Shown here piece after piece: positions 13,389 to 26,924 of a DNA stretch of 64,000 bases. Below the pieces are notes generated by a model. That model was not told the DNA's origin. It did not search any database and worked only from the letters and a program-made list of their open reading frames with translations. The stretch covers positions 51,274,001 to 51,338,000 of the forward strand of contig OX597829.1 in assembly GCA_951406725.2 (NCBI GenBank), given 5' to 3'. Positions within the stretch are counted from its first letter, which is position 1; each line of letters starts with the position of its first letter. Origin of the DNA: Octopus vulgaris. Lineage: Eukaryota. The translations under genes and the position numbers were made by a program.

Positions 13389-13770
13389 GCAGCAGAAACA
13401 ACAACAACAGCAGTTACAACAGCAGCAGTTGCAACAACTCCAACAGCAACAACAGCAACAACAACAGCAGCAGCAGCAACAACAGCAGCAGCAACAACAA
13501 CAACAACAGCAACAACAACAGCAGCTGCAGCAACAACAGTTACAGCAACAACAGCTGCAACAGCAGCAACAACAACAGTTGCAACAGCAACAGCAGCAGC
13601 AACAGCAACAGTTGCAGCAACAGCAGCTTCAGACTGCCACCATTCAAGCTCTTGCACAATCATTTCAACAGTCTGCAGAACAATCCAGGTCGACCTCAGA
13701 ACAGGCAACATCCTCCACTGCACCAGTTGTCAGTATTTTCCAAGCACGTGTAGCACCACAATTATGTCAG
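13114..13770 (+). CDS. TRERF1: Exon: very long polyQ/QL tract
   Basis: Polypyrimidine tract plus tag acceptor; ORF 13150 frame; CAG|gtactt donor. Confidence 0.85.
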
Positions 13771-13939
13771 GTACTTTTTATTTTCTGGGTCTTCTTTGCT
13801 TGCCCTTCCCTCTTTCCTACCAACCTTAATCCACAGTAAGGCTTTCCTTGGTTGTTTGCTCCACCCATCTTACTTTCCTCAATCAATTGCTAAGCCTTGT
13901 TTTATTCCTTTCTCCCTTCTTCAATCCTGCCTGGCCCAA

Positions 13940-14258
13940 TCACATCATCATTCATCATTGTTCGACCGTGGTCGAGACAATGGAATTTACCATGCTACGC
14001 CAGACTTCACGGTCCATCACAGCATTACGGAGGTCCTGTTGCTGGATGCCTGTATCCCTGGAGATTACATCAGGGTAGGAGAGTGTGCGCCCTCTGGTAT
14101 TGCGAGCAGATGGCTTCCAGAGGAGAAGAGTAGAAATTACTTCTTTTTCAGCTCTACAACAATGTCCAGCAAACTGGACTCTCCTACCTTTCACAAGAGA
14201 TGACACAGGTGGTAGTTTCCCATATATTTGCATTTTGGTTGGATAGCGCTTCCACACA
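13940..14258 (-). mobile_element. RTE-like LINE 3' end
   Basis: Minus-strand ORF ...RRVQFAGHCCR...LLWKP...RGR...DREVWR resembles the RTE ORF C-terminus; short (TGA)-type tail. Confidence 0.7.
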
Positions 14259-14645
14259 TTGTTTGTTGCCCCTCCCTCTATCCTGCCTGCCCTAAACACA
14301 GCTAGACTTTGATTGTTTACCCTGCCCCAATTACAGCCAGGCATTGTTTGTTGCTGCCCCAATTACAGCCAGACACCGTTTTACAGTCAGGAATTGTTTG
14401 TTGCTCCTCCTTCAATCCTGCCTGCCCCAATCACAGACAGACATTGTTGCTCCTCCCCCTATTCTGCCTGCTCCAATCACAGTCAGGCACTGTTTGTTTG
14501 TTGCTCCTCCCTCTATCCTCCCTGCCCTGATCACAGCTAGGCTTTGATTGTTTATCCCTCCCTCAATCCTCCCTGCTCCAATTACAGCCAGACATTGTTT
14601 GTTTGTTGCTCCTCCCTCTATCCTACCTGCCCGAATCACAGCTTG
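14255..14645. repeat. Minisatellite, about 50-55 bp unit (ttgtttgttgctcctccctctatcctgcctgccccaatcacagccaga)
   Basis: About 7-8 degenerate tandem units visible directly. Confidence 0.8.
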
Positions 14646-15014
14646 GCCTTATGAGTCTTTCACCGCTGTGTGTTTAAGATGTTTTGCTTTGTAACTTCAA
14701 GGTTCTGTGTTCAATTTCACATGTTCCGACATGTTTGGATTTGGCAAGTGTCCTCTATTGTTGCCTGAAGTTGACCCATGGCTTCAGTGATATTGGTCAC
14801 TGCACCAAAGCTCATTTGTGCATGTACGTGTGTCTTAACTAACACAAGCCTCAACATTGTTTCTGTCTACCAAATCCATTCACAAGACTTTGGTTGGCCT
14901 GAGGCTATATATTAGAAGACATGGTGCCATGCAGTGGAACTAAACTCAAAATTATGTAGTTGCAAATCCAGCTTCTTATCCACACTGCCATACCTGTGTA
15001 AAGACATTTCTTAT

Positions 15015-15369
15015 TTACTCTTTTACTTGTTTCAGTCATTTGACTGCGGCCATGCTGGAGCACCGCCTTTTAATCAAGAAACTTGACCCCGGGACTTATT
15101 CTATCGGTCTCTTTTGCCGAACCGCTAAGTGACGGGGACATAAACACACCATCGGTTGTCAAGCAAATGCTAGGGTGACAAACACAGACACACAAACATA
15201 CACATATATACGACGGGCTTCTTTCAGTTTCCGTCTACCAAATCCACTCACGAAGCATTTGTTGGCCCGAGGCTATAGTAGAAGACACTTGCCCAAGGTG
15301 CCACGCAGTGGGACTGAACCCAGAACCATGTGGTTGGTAAACAAGCTACTTACCACACAGCCACTCCCT
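15015..15369 (-). mobile_element. SINE family A
   Basis: Near full-length reverse copy. Confidence 0.8.
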
Positions 15370-15475
15370 CATCCTATATATATTTATATATATTCTGTTT
15401 TGTATTTCTATTTTGCTTTTCTCTCTCTCTCTCATTCCATTTATCTTATTTTCTCACTGAACCGTTTCCCTACAG

Positions 15476-15601
15476 ACTGATAACTTTGGCCAGTCCCAAC
15501 ATCAGCTTCTACAGACACAGCTCTTCCCAGCATTGGAACAAATTCATCAGTTGCAACAGCAACAACAGAACTTACAAACACTTCAGCTACAACAACAACA
15601 A

Positions 15602-15652
<51 letters not shown>

Positions 15653-15700
15653 TTCCAACAACAGCAGCAACAGCAACAACAACAACAAGTTCAGATTCAA
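15476..15700 (+). CDS. TRERF1: Exon: polyQ (TDNFGQSQHQLLQ...QVQIQ)
   Basis: tacag acceptor; CAA|gtaagt donor; phase 0/0. Confidence 0.85.
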
Positions 15701-16192
15701 GTAAGTAAAATTTTTAATGGCATTTTAATATTTTCTCATAAATTGCTCTTCTGTTACCATATTTCTAACAGAATAATTCCTTGTCTTTTGTTTCAATTAA
15801 TTTTGAAAATAATGTAGAATTTAGTAAAATAACTTTGTCATATTTTAACTGGTGTTTGGAATAGAAATTAACAAATTTTGACTGATGGTTTTTTTATTTT
15901 TTTTATTTAGATAATTTTAAAATAGAAAGTTTGTGACATAGAACCAGGGTCAGAATAGGGATGATGGTATGATAGGCAGGGGAGGGAAGAGACAGAGAGA
16001 GGGGTGGTGAGACGATGTTATAGTTGAGTAAGTTCCAGAGTACAGGAGGGAGACGGGTATAGTCTTTGGGGAAAGAGAGAGAGACAGATGGTGATGATTA
16101 AGGGGAAATAATCTGGTGGTCCAGTGTAATGATCAGTGTAAAATGTGGGAAGAGAGGATAGCATTTAGAGTAAACGGTCTGTCTCGACAAAA

Positions 16193-16422
16193 AGGCAGCG
16201 AGCTGGCAGAATCTTTAGCATGTCGGGCAAAATGCTTAGCGGTATTTCGGCTGCCTTTACGTTGTGAGTTCAAATTCCGCCAAGGTCGACTTTGCCTTTC
16301 ATCCTTTCGGGGTCGATAAATTAAGTACCAGTTACGCACTGGGGTCGATATAATCGACTTAATACCTATGTCTTTCCATGTTTGTCCCCTCTATGTTTAG
16401 CCCCTTGTGGGTAATAAAGAAA
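16193..16422 (+). mobile_element. SINE family B (GGCGGCGAGCTGGCAGAA head)
   Basis: Head with GAGTTCAAATTCC B-box and conserved GCCTTTCATCCTTTCGGGGTCGATAAA body; many copies (4505-4708, 23258-23685, 51020-51235, 51527-51760, 56695-56893). Confidence 0.78.
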
Positions 16423-16528
16423 TAGGTCTGTCTCGACAAATTCCATCTGACTCATGCAAACATGTGAAGTAGATGTTAAACCTATGAAGATGATGATAAT
16501 ATAATTCGTTTTTATATCTCTGTTTCAG

Positions 16529-18119
16529 CTGACAACAACCCAAGAAGTTAATAGCAAACTGCAAGCACAACAACACCAAACATCTGATTTCCATAACGAA
16601 ACCATAAAACAACATCTACAACATAAAGAATTTCAGCAGACAACCAGTTTGCATCAAAGCCAGCAGGATGTGGAGTTAAGCAATGCATCTAACCTGAGAA
16701 CTGCTGCTACGGAGACACACCCTTCTAACGGAGATGCTCTAGAATCAAACGTTTCAACTGTGCTCTCGCAAGCATCTCTGCCCTCTCGGCTTGCTATGGT
16801 TGAGACATTTTCTGCTCAGTCCCTCACAACTCAGCAGCCCATTACGTCGTTCATCAAAGAGAACAACATCCAGTCCCAGCTGTCTTACTCCCAGCTCTAT
16901 CAGTTCTCCAACAACACTGCTGCGTCCAACTCGTTATCGATTGCCGAAGAGCACATTGCTACCACGGAACTCAACTCTGGTGCAAATTCAATATCGTTGA
17001 ATTTTGAATCTAACTCTGCAGCTGAGCAACAAGGACAGCAAAAAAGTAGGCATGAACAACAACAACAACAACAGCAACAATTAGAACAACAACAAACTTT
17101 AATCCAACAGCAGCAACAAACTTTACACCAACAACAACAGCAACAACAACAGACTTTACAACAGCAACAGCAGCAACAACTTCAACTTACACAACAAACA
17201 CAGACACAACAACAACAGCAGCAATCATCTCAACAACAAACACAGCATTCTGGATTCCAATCCGTTCGTCAAGTTACAATGTCTTCACTAAAAAATGAAA
17301 ACAACAACAACAACAACAACAACATGGAAGAGCTTTCTAAGCATAATATAAACAAGGACCCTTATATGTTTTCAAGTGGGAATGCTTCACTCTTCTCATT
17401 TCCCCCAGGTAATACACTGCCCTTTGACAACACTCTGCCCGACGATTTAAGCCATCGTTCTGGCGCCGCTGGTCAATTCCAGCCAATTGGATGCGAGGAC
17501 GAAAAAGACAAAGACCGACTTCTCTCTGAACTCGATGGAAGCACAGAAATGAAATCATTGAGTTCTATTCTGTTATCTGATTCTAGCTCCTCATTGATGG
17601 ATTTGGCAAACCGAGCCTTAGATTTGAATCAATTCAACAAAAACTGTGATGATCACAAACTTCAGCGCTCAAAAAGCGAGGACCATACCTTCATGAGGCC
17701 CCAGAATCGCAGTGAAGACGTCCCTTACAGACCACGAAGTCGAAATGAAGACCCTGTCACTAGTAGATGGCGTAACCAACCTGAAGAACAGATAAAATCT
17801 GAAGGTGCTGGCATTTTCCGAAATCCAAATCTTGGAACAAGTCCGGTGAGAACAAAACGGAAGCACCGACCTGCGCCACTCATCATACCGCCATATGTGA
17901 GCAATAGTGGTTTTCAGAGTAGACTCAGGTCCCCACGGGTACGTGACGGAAATGAAGTCCGCACTCTTTCTCCTCCTCCCTATACACCTCCCCCCATGCT
18001 TAGCCCAGTCCGAAGTGGACCTGGTCTGTTCTGCAATATTCAAACACCTTATCGACCTGTTTCACCCAGGTTAAGCTCAAATATGAGTGCCCGCCTACCA
18101 CCAATCATAAACCGACAAA
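16529..18119 (+). CDS. TRERF1: Large exon: polyQ, polyN, KRKHRPAPLIIP and YTPPPMLSPVRSGPGLF conserved motifs
   Basis: tttcag acceptor; covers the 520-aa ORF at 16649; A|gtaagt donor. Confidence 0.92.
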
Positions 18120-19371
18120 GTAAGTATTTTGGTTTTATTTTAATAGCTATAAGATTTTTTTTTTTAATTTTATATACATGTATTTATTTTACACTTTTTT
18201 TTTATATATAACTAATTAAGTATATAAATATTAATGACTATATAAACCATACATTTAAATATAAAGTACTATCAGATTACATGAAATAACATGACATTGC
18301 ATTAATTTAAGAACATTTAAACTGGCATAAGAATCATGTTTGGTTTATGATTGCAGTTTCCAAATGAATTTTATTTTCAACATCCAACTTCCATTCTAGC
18401 AAGGGTTGGATGGTTTGACAATCTGATGAGATGAAGGACTGCATAGTGTTCCAGTATCTACTTTGGCATGGTACCTGTGGGCATTCGTCTGCAGAAACCA
18501 TGACAAAGTTGATATTGATGTGCGATGCTGTGTTTGAACTTGTAACGACTTTCCCAAACTGTCTGACTTGACCCTTGATCCTATACCATCATCAAAGCCA
18601 GATATTAAGTGATGACAACAAATATAAACTCTACAGATTCTTTAGAATTCCTGATGTATATCCAGTAGCCAGAGCATATCTACTGTATGATGACATCTGG
18701 TAGCCAAGATCTGTTGATGAGCTTTGCATAGCATTTTACAAGGTTTTTACCCAAATTCTGTTTAACTTATATTTATATGCACATGCATGTGTGCATGAAA
18801 GGTGTTATTTCCACTTCTTTCGTGGGATCATCTGAACAGTCAAAGAAAACCCTATTTTCATTTAATTCAATGTCTTGTAGCTCTGCATTCTCCAACCAGT
18901 AGAATAAAGCTTTCCTTATTTATAAAGCAGGAAAGGATCAATGACAGGATGACTTTCTGACTGTAAAAATACTGCTTCAAATAAATATTCATCCATCTTG
19001 TTCCATCAGAGAAAAAAAATGGATGTCATGATTATAGAATTATCAAAATATTTAAAGAAAAATAAGACTACATTCATTTTTCAAATCTTTTTCAGTTTTT
19101 TATTTTTATTTTTTTTTTACTAAATTACTGTCAAATGTCTTAAAGGATTTGACATTTAGCAGGTGACATATGAGACCCTAAAATAACTTCTATTACCAAG
19201 TTATGTTGGCGATCTAAGCATGGTAGTTTAATAACTTCGTTATAAATATTAAGAGGTATATTTAAACTGTATATATTTTTGCAAGATGTTTAATTACTTA
19301 GCAAGATTCATTGTAATTGTTTCACTATAAAAATATTAATAAAAATCATACAATTTCATTTGCCACAACAG

Positions 19372-19456
19372 TAAGTATTGGAACCCCATCTCAAGAAACG
19401 CCAGCCAGTGATGAAACGACAGAAACAGAAGCACCTCCAGAAACCGATATATTACC
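19372..19456 (+). CDS. TRERF1: Exon: (I)SIGTPSQETPASDETTETEAPPETDILP
   Basis: aacag acceptor, CC|gtaagt donor; phases 1/2 fit the neighbours. Confidence 0.85.
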
Positions 19457-20405
19457 GTAAGTATTCTTCATCATCATCTAATGTTTGTTTTCCATGCTGG
19501 CAACCTATGCTCTGGCAACAATCATGCTCGTATGGTACATACTAATGTATGCACATCATTAAAAGACATGATTTTATGAAATCGTCTGCAATAAGTTCCC
19601 TTCATAGTCTCGATGTGTTAAAAACTCGATATGTACCAGAGTAAGATAAAACTGTTGCTACAGAGACTCGTAAGAACAAAGTGTCTCGGCTTTGTTGAGC
19701 CCTGTTAATACTGTGCACCTGATTGTCACCTGCTTTGACAAAGGGTAACAGGTAAAGACCCCCTTCGGTCATGAATGACCATGGGATTGCACCTAGAAAG
19801 TTACCCTCCCAGGCACAAGTCCGGGTATGATTGTTTATGGAAGACCAGCAGTCGTCCATGCATACCAGCCTCCCTTCTCCACGCCACTGATGTTATCCAA
19901 GAGAAAGGCAAAAGGTGATACAGCTTGGCACCTGTGATGTCGCAACTCCTTTCTACAGCTGAGTGAACTAGAGAAACATGAAATAAAGTGTCTTGCTCAA
20001 GAACACAACATATAGCCTAGTCTGAGAATCAAACTCATTACCTCATGATTGTAAACCCAAATGCTCTAACCACTGAGCCATGCAACATAATGTTTTTAAC
20101 ACACCATGGCTATGAAGAGATTTTATCTCAGGCAGTTCCACAGCATCATGCCTTCTAATGGTGTCTATACATTTAGTATGATAAACAGATATCAATATGA
20201 CTTTTCTTATTTCACTAAAGTCCTCAAAAACTAACAAATGAATGACTGACTCTTAATCTTGTACATCTTGTCTTAAATCAAATGCAATCAATGGCAAAAT
20301 TTGTTAATGTGTCTATTTTTGACTCTTAAAATAGCAAAACCAAGTTATTTTTTTCAGGATCTGAAAACTTAAACTGACCTTTTGGATTTTTATCTTTTTT
20401 TTTAG

Positions 20406-20455
20406 GCACGTGAATATTGGATCAAATTACCAAGCAGAATTGCCACATTTTACTA
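20406..20455 (+). CDS. TRERF1: Exon: ELM2 domain start (HVNIGSNYQAELPHFT)
   Basis: tttag acceptor, A|gtgagt donor; ELM2 signature xIxVGxxxQAxxP. Confidence 0.92.
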
Positions 20456-21200
20456 GTGAGTATTTCTATCTTTTGTTATTGATTTAACACTAGTATTATT
20501 TTTTTTTATTTTTATGAATGGCCAATTTTGGAATTGTATGGAATCATACAAAAATGTAAAATCTTGCAACATTTTTTTTTTGTTTCTTTGAATTATTCTG
20601 AAATCAAATGCTGTAACTCTTTCAATGCAAGGTTTTTACTTAACCTTTTCGTTATCATATTTCTGTTGAAATACACTGGCTTTCATTCCATTAGTTTTTA
20701 AAATAATGAAGAATTTAATAAAATAAATTTGTCATTATTAAACTGGTGTTTTGGAACATAAATTAACACGAACTTTTGATGGAATTCTTTAATTTAGATC
20801 TGTTTAATTCCTTTTTGTTACCATATTTCTGTTGAGATACACTGTTTTTTGTTTCAATCAATTTTGAAAACAATGCAAACTTTCTTAAAATAATTATTAT
20901 TCTGGTTCTTGGAGCATAAATTAACATAAAATTTTGATACAAGGTTTTTATTGAATCATATTAATTACATTGAATCATATTAATTACATTGAATTAATTA
21001 TACACCTAATAGCAGTCATTCGTCTCCAAGACTATTTAACTGAGAGTTTACCAAAACACCTTTATGGAACATGCATAAAATCTTTAACAAAATCTTCAGT
21101 GTTGAAATTTGAAATACTTCTTTAAAAGTTTGATATTTGTGGGTCTAATTCATGGATTTTCCCAGAAAATCTATAATCCTAAACATTCTGTTTTGTGCAG

Positions 21201-21287
21201 GTAATCGATTTGATGTTTCAATGTTGGAATCAAAAGAGGACCTTCTGTGGCATCCAAGAATACTGGATGATAAAAATGAAGAAGATG
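21201..21287 (+). CDS. TRERF1: Exon: ELM2 (NRFDVSMLESKEDLLWHPRILDDKNEED)
   Basis: gtgcag acceptor, G|gtaaaa donor; LLWxP motif of ELM2. Confidence 0.9.
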
Positions 21288-22757
21288 GTAAAAATTCTAA
21301 ATTTATAATTTTGAACAATCTAACCTTTCATAATGTAATAAATAATTTTACCCATAGGAGGTAGTATTTTTATAAAGATAACCATTACTCTCTAATAGGT
21401 AACTTTTCACAATGTATACAAGCAGCTCTTTGCTTCTGTAAACTGTTTTTAATATGTATACAGGCAATAGTTGGCTATGTGGTAAGTAGCTTGCTTACCA
21501 ACCACATGGTTCTGGGTTCATGGCACCTTGGGCAAATGTCTTCAACTATAGCATCAGGCTGACCAAAGCCTTGTAAGTGGATTTGGTAGACGGAAACTGA
21601 AAGAAGCCCGTCACATATGTATGTGTGACTGTGTATGTTCCCCCAACATCGCTTGACAACCAATGCTGGTGTGTTTACATCCCCGTAACTTAGCGGTTCG
21701 GCAAAAGAGACCGAAAGAATAAGTACTAGGGTCGATTTGCTCGACTAAAGGCAGTACTCCAGCATGGCCACAGTCAAATGACTGAAACAAGTAAAAGAGT
21801 ATATGTATGTATGCATGTATATATGTTTGTGTGTCTGTGTTTGTCCCCCTAACATCACTTGACAACTGATGCTAGTGCCTTTACGTCCCCGTAACTTAGC
21901 AGTTTGGCAAAAGAGATTGATAGAATAACTACTAGGCTTACAAAGAATAAGTCCTGGAGTCGATCTGTTCAACTAAAGACAGTGCTCCAGCATGGCCACA
22001 GTCAAATGACTGAAACAAGTAAAAGAATAAAGAATAGTTATTATATTTTATATTATTTCAATATATATATACATGTGTTTATGTGTATGTATATATATGT
22101 GTTTATGTGTATGTATATATGTGTATATATATATATATATATAAATTAAGCTATTAGATTTTGTTATACACTGCTGGTCACAATGCACTTCCTTGTATTG
22201 TTATAGCTGTCAAATGATGCCATCATGCTGGCTAGGCAGGCAGACCAACATTCCCCTACAAACGGAATGCTTGTCCATCACAGGGTTACCTATTATCAGC
22301 CGAGTGGACTGGTGCAATGAAATGTTTTTTTTCTCAAATGTTCAACACATTGCTTCTCTGGGAATCAAAACCATAACCTTGCAGTCATGAGTGCACCATC
22401 TTCACCACTAGATCACATGCCTTCACGCAGATATCATTATCATTTAATGTCCATTTTCCATGCTGGCAAGGATCGGGCAGTGTTTGACCGGATATGGTAA
22501 GCCAGAGGTCTGTGCCAAGCTTTACTGTCTGTTTTGGCCTGGTTTCTATGGGTGGATGCCCTTCCTAATGCCAACCACTTTACAAAGTGGACTGGGTGTT
22601 TTCCACATGGCACCAGCACCAGTGAAGTCTGCTTTGTCCTGGTTTTATAGCTGACTACAAATCTACCTGATTAGTCAGTACTACACATACCAATATTCAC
22701 CATTTTGTTCAAATGAAAGGAACTCAGTTTAATTCTTTCTTTACACTCTCTTTGCAG

Positions 22758-22861
22758 TCCAGTGCTACCAAAATCTTGCAAGTTCCTCTGCTGTTAAAGG
22801 AAATGGATCAAACGTTGAGTATGCCATGCACCTTCTGTTCATAGCACAAGGAGATATTCAG
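22758..22861 (+). CDS. TRERF1: Exon: ELM2 (QCYQNLASSSAVKGNGSNVEYAMHLLFIAQGDIQ)
   Basis: ttgcag acceptor, CAG|gtttgt donor; resembles the family GGTNxExALHxLxxxxGD segment. Confidence 0.92.
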
Positions 22862-22965
22862 GTTTGTAGATATTCCTTCTTAACAATTTGCCTTTATTTA
22901 CCGTTCTTTTGTGCTTTGCTTGCTTATCGCTTTATTCCCCTCCATCCAAAATTGATAGCCTGGGC

Positions 22966-22974
22966 TATTATTAT

Positions 22975-23030
<56 letters not shown>

Positions 23031-23258
23031 TTACTACTACTAATACTATTACTACTACTACTACTATTATTACTACTACTACTAATTATTACTACTACTA
23101 CTAATACTATTATTACTACTACTACTATTATTACTATTACTACTACTATTACTACTACTAATACTATTATTACTACTACTACTACTATTATTACTACTAC
23201 TTCTACTATTATTACTACTACTACAACTACTACTATTATTATTATTATTATTATTATT
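22966..23258. repeat. (TAC/TAT)n trinucleotide microsatellite
   Basis: Seen directly. Confidence 0.95.
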
Positions 23259-23959
23259 AAGGTGGCAAGCTGGCAGAATCGTTAGCAGCATTTCATCTGT
23301 CTGCACGTTCTGAGTTCAAGTTCCACCAATGTTCCTTTCGTCCTTTTGGGGGGGGTCGATAAAATAAAGTGTCAATTGAATGCTAGGGTTGATGTAATCA
23401 ACTATCCCCCGTCCCCTAAAATTTCAGACCTTGTGCCTATAGTAGAAAGGATATATCATCATCATCATCAAGGCGGTGAGCTAGCAGAATCATTAGCACG
23501 CCAGCCGAAATGCTTAGCAGTATTTTGTCTGTCACTATATTCTGAGTTCAAATTCCACCAAGGTTGACTTTGCCTTTCATCCTTTCGGGGTCGATAAATT
23601 AAGTATCAGTTGAAACACTGGGGTTGATGTAATGAGCTGGTCTCCTCCCACAAAATTTCGGGCCTTGTGCCTACAGCAGGAAGGATTTGAGAGAAATTTA
23701 GCTGTTATTTATAGAAGGTCAAGTAATCACACTGAGGGGCTCACATTGCTTTACAGATGCTTGGTTACACAGTAGTGAGTGCCTCCAGCTGGGAACATTT
23801 TTTATATTGGTTATATACATTCCCCCACTTTGCTTATAAAATCCTTAATTACAAGTTCTGTTGTTTTAGCTTCAAATTGTAATTTCAAAATGTGTCATTT
23901 ATACACAAAAATAGAACATACTGAAAATCTTTTTTTTTCTTTTGTTTTTTTTCTCTCAG

Positions 23960-24035
23960 AATGCACTGCTAATGTTGATGGGAGATGTTCCTAAACTGCC
24001 AAAGAATCATCCTCTAATGTCATTTACATATCAAG
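23960..24035 (+). CDS. TRERF1: Exon: ELM2 end (NALLMLMGDVPKLPKNHPLMSFTYQ)
   Basis: ctcag acceptor, G|gtaag donor; HPLxxYxY-like motif. Confidence 0.92.
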
Positions 24036-24238
24036 GTAAGCATCCATGAAATGTGTGTTGTATGCATATTCTTTTAAAATTTTATATACCATGTTTTGTG
24101 AACAGTAACATCATTACTTACTTTTTTTTATGAGCCAATCACTGATCCAATACATGGCAAAAATGACAAGGCCATATCCAAACCAGGGCTGCCTGACTGG
24201 CTCCCATGCCGGTGGCATGTAAAAGGCACCCACTACAC

Positions 24239-24417
24239 CAGTGCTTTTCAACCTTTTTGCTGGAGCGGAACCCAAAGAAAACATTTCACTGGCTCAAGGA
24301 ACCCCTGTGCAATAATTTAATAGTCTTATGCACACATATCTGCACAGAAGAATTAAAAATTACTGTCGATTTTAGCATTTTGGTAACTTCTTGCGGAACC
24401 CTGGTTGAAAACCACTG
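24239..24417. mobile_element. hAT-type MITE nested in a family C retroposon
   Basis: TIRs cagtgcttttcaacc / ggttgaaaaccactg; 8-bp TSD cactacac / cacttcac (one mismatch). Confidence 0.8.
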
Positions 24418-24770
24418 CACTTCACTCTCAGGGTGGTTGGCATTAGGAAGGGCATCTAGCTGTAGAAACCTTGCCAGATCAGATTGGAGCCTGGTGCAGT
24501 CGCTGGCTTTCCAGCTCTCAGTCAAACCATCCAACTAATGCCAGCATGGAAAACAGACGTTAAACGATGACGGTGATGTTTTATATTCAAATTGGTCTGA
24601 TCCAACCTCTCATGCTTGCCCTACAATGTCATTCTAAAAGTAAACAATTACATCATTCACGTTTCAGTGTCACACAATAATGCATAATTACTTCAAAATA
24701 TTATGAATAAATAAACATTACATTTGACTGAGGGATCTGAATGGTAAAAGGTTAAAACACTTCAACTAAT

Positions 24771-25108
24771 GCACAGGAGTGGCTGTGTGGTAAGTAGCTT
24801 GCTAACCAACCACATGGTTCCAGGTTCAGTCCCACTGCGTGGCATCTTGGGCGTCTTCTGCTATAGCCCCGGGCCGACCAATACCTTGTGAGTGGATTTG
24901 GTAGACAGAAACTGAAAGAAGCCTGTCATATATATGTATATATATATATTTGTGTGTGTGTGTGTTTGTCCCCTTAGCATTGCTTGACAACCGATGCTGG
25001 TGTGTTTTCACGTCCCCGTCACTTAGTGGTTCGGCAAAAGAGACTGATAGAATAAGTCCTGGGGTCGATTTGCTCGACTAAAGGTGGTGCTCCAGCATGG
25101 CCGCAGTC
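24771..25108 (+). mobile_element. SINE family A
   Basis: Near full-length copy; an inverted partial copy lies at 25203-25371. Confidence 0.8.
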
Positions 25109-25567
25109 CATGATGATGATGATTTAAACTTAATTACACTCTTTTTCGTTAATAAATATATTTACAATAAAGGCCACGTTTCTTCTTCATCCACCAACTT
25201 CTATATATACGACGGGCTTCTTTCAGTTTCCGTCTACCAAATCTACCCACAAGGCTTTGGTCGGCCCGAGGCTATAGTAGAAGACACTTGCCCAAGGTGC
25301 CACGCAGTGGGACTGAACCCGGAACCATGTGGTTGGTAAACAAGCTACTTAGCACACAGCCACTCCTGCGCCAATAGTATACAAAAAGAAGGAATGAGGG
25401 AGAAAGAGAGACATGCAAACATGAGAAAAAGAGTACAGTTCTATATTTAAAAGATGAGGAATTATGTAAATAATGAAAAAAAGAGTAGTTTAACGGGGAA
25501 AAAAATGGGAGGGGGAGTTTAAAAACCTTTTGTATTCATCCAAGATTCTCTTGTTTTTCCACTTTAG

Positions 25568-25656
25568 AAAATGACGACTGGACAACAGAAGAAATTGAGG
25601 CTTACAATGCAGCGTTGATGAAATGTGACAAAGACTTCTTCAACATCGCAAAAGTG
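25568..25656 (+). CDS. TRERF1: Exon: SANT N-half (NDDWTTEEIEAYNAALMKCDKDFFNIAKV)
   Basis: tttag acceptor, GTG|gtaagg donor; WTxEE...KDF SANT signature. Confidence 0.93.
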
Positions 25657-26156
25657 GTAAGGTTAATTTGTCTATTTTAATAAAACTTCAGTACTGTTGC
25701 TGCTGTTGTTGTTGTTGCCAATTTGACTCTGATTAGTTTAGTCCTAATCAAGCAAGATTGTGATCAAAAGGTGTTGCTGTCATTACCATTCCGTAATTGG
25801 AAATATCATCCAATTCAGTTGATATTTCACTGAATTGGATGATATTTCAGTTACGATATCATCCAATGTAACTGAAGGATACATTGGATGATATTATCCA
25901 ATGTATCCTTCTTTTGTTTAAGACAAGCTTGATTTGAAAGAAATTTGACTGATGTTTTTAGAAAGGTGATAGAGGCTTTCTTGTAGGAACCACAGCAGGT
26001 TACACTGTTTGCTGTTTAAGTGTTAAGGTACACTAACATAGCTATTTCAGATGCAAAAATGTATTGTTGTTGTTGAAGGCATTGCACAGTATCCAATATT
26101 GTGATGTTGCAGTTTAAAGATATTGTATGTCCCAGGGGTTTGTACTGTCTGTCAAG

Positions 26157-26870
26157 TCACAAAGGTAAAGGTGACACATTAGATACGAATAATTACAGAG
26201 TTATCAAGTTGTTGGATCAGGTAATGAAAGTCATGGAGAGGGTCATAGCCCAACTAATTAGGGAGAGAGTCAGTTTAGACGAGATGCAGTTTGGGTTTGT
26301 GCCGGAAAACCACTGATGCTATATTTCTGGTAAGACAGCTGCAGGAGAAATACATTGCCAAAGATAAGCCCCTGTACCTAGCTTTTGTTGACATGGAGAA
26401 AGCCTTTGACAGGGTGCCCTGATCCATTATCTGGTGGTTAGTGAGAACTGTACAAGCCATGTACAGGGATACTGTCAGTAAGGTGAGGGTTGGAAACAAG
26501 TATAGTGAAAAAGTATCAGTCCTCAGCCCACTCTTATTCATTTTAGTCCTCCAGGCAATAACAGAGGAACTCAAGACAAGTTGCATATGGATGAGGACAA
26601 CACTGTGAATAAGTATCACACCTTAGCAGTAGAGGGAACCTGTGGAAGAGGTAGACCCAGGACGACCTGTGATGACTTGGTGAAGTACAACATTTGAACG
26701 TTAGGCCTCACGGACATGATGACAAGCAACTGAGAACTTTGGATATATGCTGTGCTTGAAGTCCTGACAAGCCTAGTGAGACTGTAACTATGGCCTATGC
26801 CAGTGTAGCATAACTGGCCCATTTAAGAGTATCCTTCAACCATTGAGCAAATAAACTGTGCTTGAGGGCG
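26157..26870 (+). mobile_element. RTE-clade LINE fragment (degenerate RT)
   Basis: KGKGDTLDTNNYRVIKLLDQVMKVMERVI...QFGF and LAFVDMEKAFDRVP RT motifs with frameshifts. Confidence 0.88.
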
Positions 26871-26924
26871 TTGTGATTTGACAGCCTTCCTACTTACTAA
26901 GACTTTGGTTTTGCTAGGTTAACC

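Noticed and set aside
13181-13723. Poly-Val/Ala antisense ORFs (also 5917-6324)
   Set aside because: Reverse frames of CAG/CAA polyQ exons
14255-14645. CRISPR-like periodic array
   Set aside because: A degenerate minisatellite without unique spacers, in a eukaryotic context with no cas genes
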